NCBI GenBank assembly: GCA_963682115.1
Contig: OY821639.1
Span: 877,846-941,845, forward strand
Length of the DNA: 64,000 nt
From: Pseudomonadales bacterium
GTDB lineage: Bacteria > Pseudomonadota > Gammaproteobacteria > Pseudomonadales > Oceanobacteraceae
Reading direction: 5' to 3'
Part shown: piece by piece, positions 61,378 to 64,000 of the stretch
Layout: each line of letters starts with the position of its first letter
How positions within the stretch are numbered: position 1 is the first letter of the stretch
Position numbers and translations under genes: made by a program
Notes under the pieces: model-generated
Told to the model about the DNA's origin: nothing
The model's input: the letters and a program-made list of their open reading frames with translations, nothing else
The model's database searches: none

Positions 61378-63210
61378 ATGTCAGCGAATACGCATCAATC
61401 CCGTCTTAAAGAACTTATCGCCAAAGGCAAGGAGCAGGGCTACCTCACCTACGCCCAGGTCAACGACCACCTTCCGGACGACATTGCCAACCCGGATCAG
61501 GTCGAAGACATCATCCGCATGATCAACGACATCGGGATTCCGGTCTCTGAGGTTGCACCAGACGGTGAAACTCTGTTCATGAGCGATGCTGCTGATGACG
61601 CGGCAGCAGAAGAAGCTGCTGCGGCACTGGCATCGGTTGAGTCCGATGTCGGCCGCACCACCGACCCCGTACGTATGTATATGCGTGAAATGGGTACCGT
61701 TGAGCTGCTGACCCGTGAAGGCGAGATCGTTATTGCCAAGCGGATCGAAGAAGGTATCCGTGAAGTGATGTCAGCACTGGCGTACTATCCGGGCGCCGTG
61801 AACATCATCCTGAACGCTTTTCAGGAAGCAGAAGAAGATCCGAATCGTGTCGGTGATATTTTCTCCGGCTTTATCGATCCGTCCGACGTTGACCCGGAAC
61901 CGGGTCCACAGTCCGGTCCGGATGCCAGCACCAGCTCTGACGACGACAGCGACAGTAACGACGACTCAGACGATGATTCCGACGACAGCGAAGACAGCGG
62001 CATTGATATGGCCGAAGTCTCCCGTCGTTTCAATGAAATCCGTGACGCCCGTAACGCCATGGATAAAGCGCTGGAAAAATACGGCCGTGAGCACAAGAAA
62101 TCGGAAGAGGCTATTGCCCGCACCGCAGAACTGTTCGCGCCGATCAAGCTGACGCCTAAATACTTCGACCAGCTGGTCAGTGAAGCCCGCATCGCTCTGG
62201 AGCAGATCCGTCTGCAGGAACGCCAGATCATGGTGATGATGACCCGTAAATGCGGTATGGACCGTAAGGACTTCATCAAAGGCTTCCAGGGCAACGAAGT
62301 GAACAACGACTGGATCGAAGCCCTGATCGCTACCGGTAAACCTTATGCTGCCAAGCTGGATACCTATAAGCTGGAAATCTTCCGTGCGCAGAAGAAAATC
62401 AAGGCAGTCGAAGACCGGGTAGGCCTGAGCATCCCGGCAATCAAAGAAGTAAACCGCCGTGTTTCCATTGGTGAAGCCCGTGCCCGCCGCGCCAAGAAAG
62501 AAATGGTTGAGGCTAACCTGCGTCTGGTTATCTCCATTGCCAAGAAATACACCAACCGTGGTCTGCAATTCCTCGACCTGATTCAGGAAGGTAACATCGG
62601 TCTGATGAAAGCGGTCGACAAGTTCGAATACCGCCGTGGTTACAAGTTCTCGACCTACGCTACCTGGTGGATCCGTCAGGCGATCACCCGTTCCATTGCC
62701 GACCAGGCGCGGACCATCCGTATTCCGGTGCACATGATCGAAACCATCAACAAACTGAACCGCATCTCCCGTCAGATGCTGCAGGAGATGGGCCGTGAAC
62801 CAACACCGGAAGAACTGGCCGAGCGTATGGAAATGCCGGAAGACAAGATCCGTAAAGTCCTGAAGATTGCCAAAGAACCAATCTCCATGGAAACCCCGAT
62901 CGGTGATGACGAAGATTCACACCTGGGCGACTTTATCGAAGATACTCATTCCGAGTCTCCGCTCGATACAGCCACCTCCGACGGCCTGACCGAAGCCACC
63001 CGCTCCGTTCTTTCCGGCCTGACTGCACGGGAAGCCAAGGTACTGCGTATGCGTTTCGGTATCGACATGAACACCGACCACACCCTTGAGGAAGTCGGTA
63101 AACAGTTCGACGTTACCCGGGAACGTATCCGTCAGATTGAAGCCAAAGCGCTGCGTAAGCTGCGTCACCCTTCACGCTCTGACCACCTGCGCTCCTTTAT
63201 CGACGAGTAA
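61378..63210 (+). CDS. rpoD: RNA polymerase primary sigma factor RpoD (sigma70)
   Basis: 610 aa with an acidic spacer ([20 protein letters not shown]). Regions 2-4 are conserved ([58 protein letters not shown]; [27 protein letters not shown]). Confidence 0.95.
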   Translation: MSANTHQSRLKELIAKGKEQGYLTYAQVNDHLPDDIANPDQVEDIIRMINDIGIPVSEVAPDGETLFMSDAADDAAAEEAAAALASVESDVGRTTDPVRMYMREMGTVELLTREGEIVIAKRIEEGIREVMSALAYYPGAVNIILNAFQEAEEDPNRVGDIFSGFIDPSDVDPEPGPQSGPDASTSSDDDSDSNDDSDDDSDDSEDSGIDMAEVSRRFNEIRDARNAMDKALEKYGREHKKSEEAIARTAELFAPIKLTPKYFDQLVSEARIALEQIRLQERQIMVMMTRKCGMDRKDFIKGFQGNEVNNDWIEALIATGKPYAAKLDTYKLEIFRAQKKIKAVEDRVGLSIPAIKEVNRRVSIGEARARRAKKEMVEANLRLVISIAKKYTNRGLQFLDLIQEGNIGLMKAVDKFEYRRGYKFSTYATWWIRQAITRSIADQARTIRIPVHMIETINKLNRISRQMLQEMGREPTPEELAERMEMPEDKIRKVLKIAKEPISMETPIGDDEDSHLGDFIEDTHSESPLDTATSDGLTEATRSVLSGLTAREAKVLRMRFGIDMNTDHTLEEVGKQFDVTRERIRQIEAKALRKLRHPSRSDHLRSFIDE

Positions 63211-63225
63211 CCACCCGTCGACCGG

Positions 63226-63251
63226 AAAGCCCGCCCTGTGCGGGCTTTTTT
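63226..63251 (+). terminator. Rho-independent terminator after rpoD
   Basis: AAAGCCCGC-CCTGT-GCGGGCTTTTTTG. Confidence 0.75.
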
Positions 63252-63366
63252 GTGGAAAATCAAAGGGGTGGCGATCAGTGTACAAGCTGCTTATAATGCC
63301 CCTGCTGATTGGATCAGCATCTTTTCTCATCCGGGGACAGCTCCGGCCGGACACGGATGCAGTAAA

Positions 63367-63443
63367 GGGCCTGTAGCTCAGTTGGTTAGAGCACACGACT
63401 CATAATCGTTAGGTCCTCGGTTCAAGTCCGAGCAGGCCCACCA
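63367..63443 (+). tRNA. ileX: tRNA with CAU anticodon; probably tRNA-Ile2 (lysidine-modified, ileX-like) rather than elongator tRNA-Met
   Basis: 77 nt cloverleaf folded by hand: acceptor GGGCCUG/CAGGCCC, D arm GCUC/GAGC, anticodon loop CUCAUAA, T arm CUCGG-UUCAAGU-CCGAG, and an encoded CCA. C4/C5 in the acceptor stem and the location downstream of rpoD resemble E. coli ileX. Confidence 0.85.
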
Positions 63444-63498
63444 GAAAAACCCTGTAAAAACAGTGAATTAGCGGTAAATCAGCCGCTTTTTTATTGCC

Positions 63499-63554
63499 TG
63501 TCAACAGCGTGTCAATTGCGTGTTTTCCTGTCTTTGTGTCAATTCCTGTGTCAA
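63499..63554. repeat. Four direct copies of TGTCAA (GTGTCAAWT core) with ~11/27/12-bp phasing
   Basis: Copies start at 63499, 63510, 63537 and 63549, in the convergent gap between the tRNA 3' end and the stop of the 63565..63822 ORF. Confidence 0.6.
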
Positions 63555-63564
63555 ATTTTCACGC

Positions 63565-63822
63565 TTACGCCGCGCTTTCCCGCACACCTGTGCAATCATC
63601 CAGATCCGCAAAAACTCTGGCTCGCCGGAATAGCTTTCCGCACTTAGCGTGGATGCCATAACGCGGCTTTGTCCTCAGTACCGGGAAGAGCCCCGGTATT
63701 AACCCCATCGCCAGCCAGGGGCCGGAAATCTGGTTTAAGCTACTGCAACGGAAGCCGCTTACATTAGCTTCGCTTGCGGTATTGGTATGAGTTAACCAGT
63801 TCAGGTCAGAGTATTTTTCCAT
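63565..63822 (-). CDS. Hypothetical basic 85-aa ORF overlapping the hydrolase 3' end (coding status doubtful)
   Basis: The ATG lies 17 nt inside the upstream hydrolase gene in another frame. I recognise no motif and see no clear SD. Confidence 0.25.
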   Translation of the reverse strand: MEKYSDLNWLTHTNTASEANVSGFRCSSLNQISGPWLAMGLIPGLFPVLRTKPRYGIHAKCGKLFRRARVFADLDDCTGVRESAA

Positions 63823-64000
63823 CAGTCAGATACTGAAGCACAACCCCGGCAACGCCATGATCCCGTACGATTTTCCGGTGACCCAGTTTTTCCGCCGTCC
63901 ATAACATAGACCCCTTCAGTGAATGATGAATCTTCGTTGCCGCGGCATAGGGAACCTCCAGGTCGTCACGCGCGTGTATCAGCAATGGTGGGAATTCATT
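63806..64000 (-). CDS. Alpha/beta-hydrolase fold protein, C-terminal fragment (5' end outside the window)
   Basis: My own translation of the minus strand is NEFPPLLIHARDDLEVPYAAATKIHHSLKGSMLWTAEKLGHRKIVRDHGVAGVVLQYLTDGKIL*. The pattern (PxLxIHGxxDxxVP ... GH) is typical of the Asp/His end of the catalytic triad. Confidence 0.5.
   Translation of the reverse strand, partial: NEFPPLLIHARDDLEVPYAAATKIHHSLKGSMLWTAEKLGHRKIVRDHGVAGVVLQYLTDGKIL

Noticed and set aside
61966-62733. 255-aa minus-strand ORF
   Set aside because: It is antisense to rpoD, which is unambiguous.

Overview
This window reads as a dense, syntenic core-chromosome segment of a moderately GC-rich marine-type gammaproteobacterium; the taxon is inferred from gene order and protein sequences only. 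In order it contains: minD'-minE, ppiC, and an M42-like peptidase operon. Next come a candidate Mn2+ (yybP-ykoY-like) riboswitch with a UPF0016/GDT1-family exporter, a 2OG-Fe(II) oxygenase, sirB2, dtd, and DUF4124-ntrB-ntrC. A complete 16-gene MSHA type IVa pilus locus (mshI..mshQ) sits on the minus strand at about 9.5-25.6 kb. It is followed by trmL, secB with a rhodanese, gpmI-envC-ctp-yibQ, a cytochrome c plus Tat-exported GULO/ALO-type flavoprotein pair, and an orphan solute-binding protein. Then come djlA-murU-amgK, divergent from lptD-surA-pdxA-rsmA-apaG-apaH-glpE, and prkA-yeaH-ycgB(spoVR). After that are a FlgT-like/FlgP-like pair, an EamA transporter with a structured leader, and a TraF_2-like outer-membrane barrel. 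The window ends with cca, folK-folB-tsaD divergent from rpsU-yqeY-dnaG-rpoD, a tRNA(CAU), and the 3' end of an alpha/beta hydrolase. I see no transposase, integrase, phage genes, CRISPR array or recognisable defence module. I cannot point to a convincing undescribed multi-gene system. The best leads are modest: (i) the FlgT/FlgP-like pair outside any flagellar context, beside an unusual OMP; (ii) a terminator-containing leader or sRNA upstream of the EamA gene; (iii) the periplasmic flavocytochrome pair; (iv) a ~370-nt non-coding tract at 4.6-5.0 kb; (v) phased TGTCAA repeats next to the tRNA. All protein calls rest on my recognition of translated motifs and synteny, and none was confirmed by a search.
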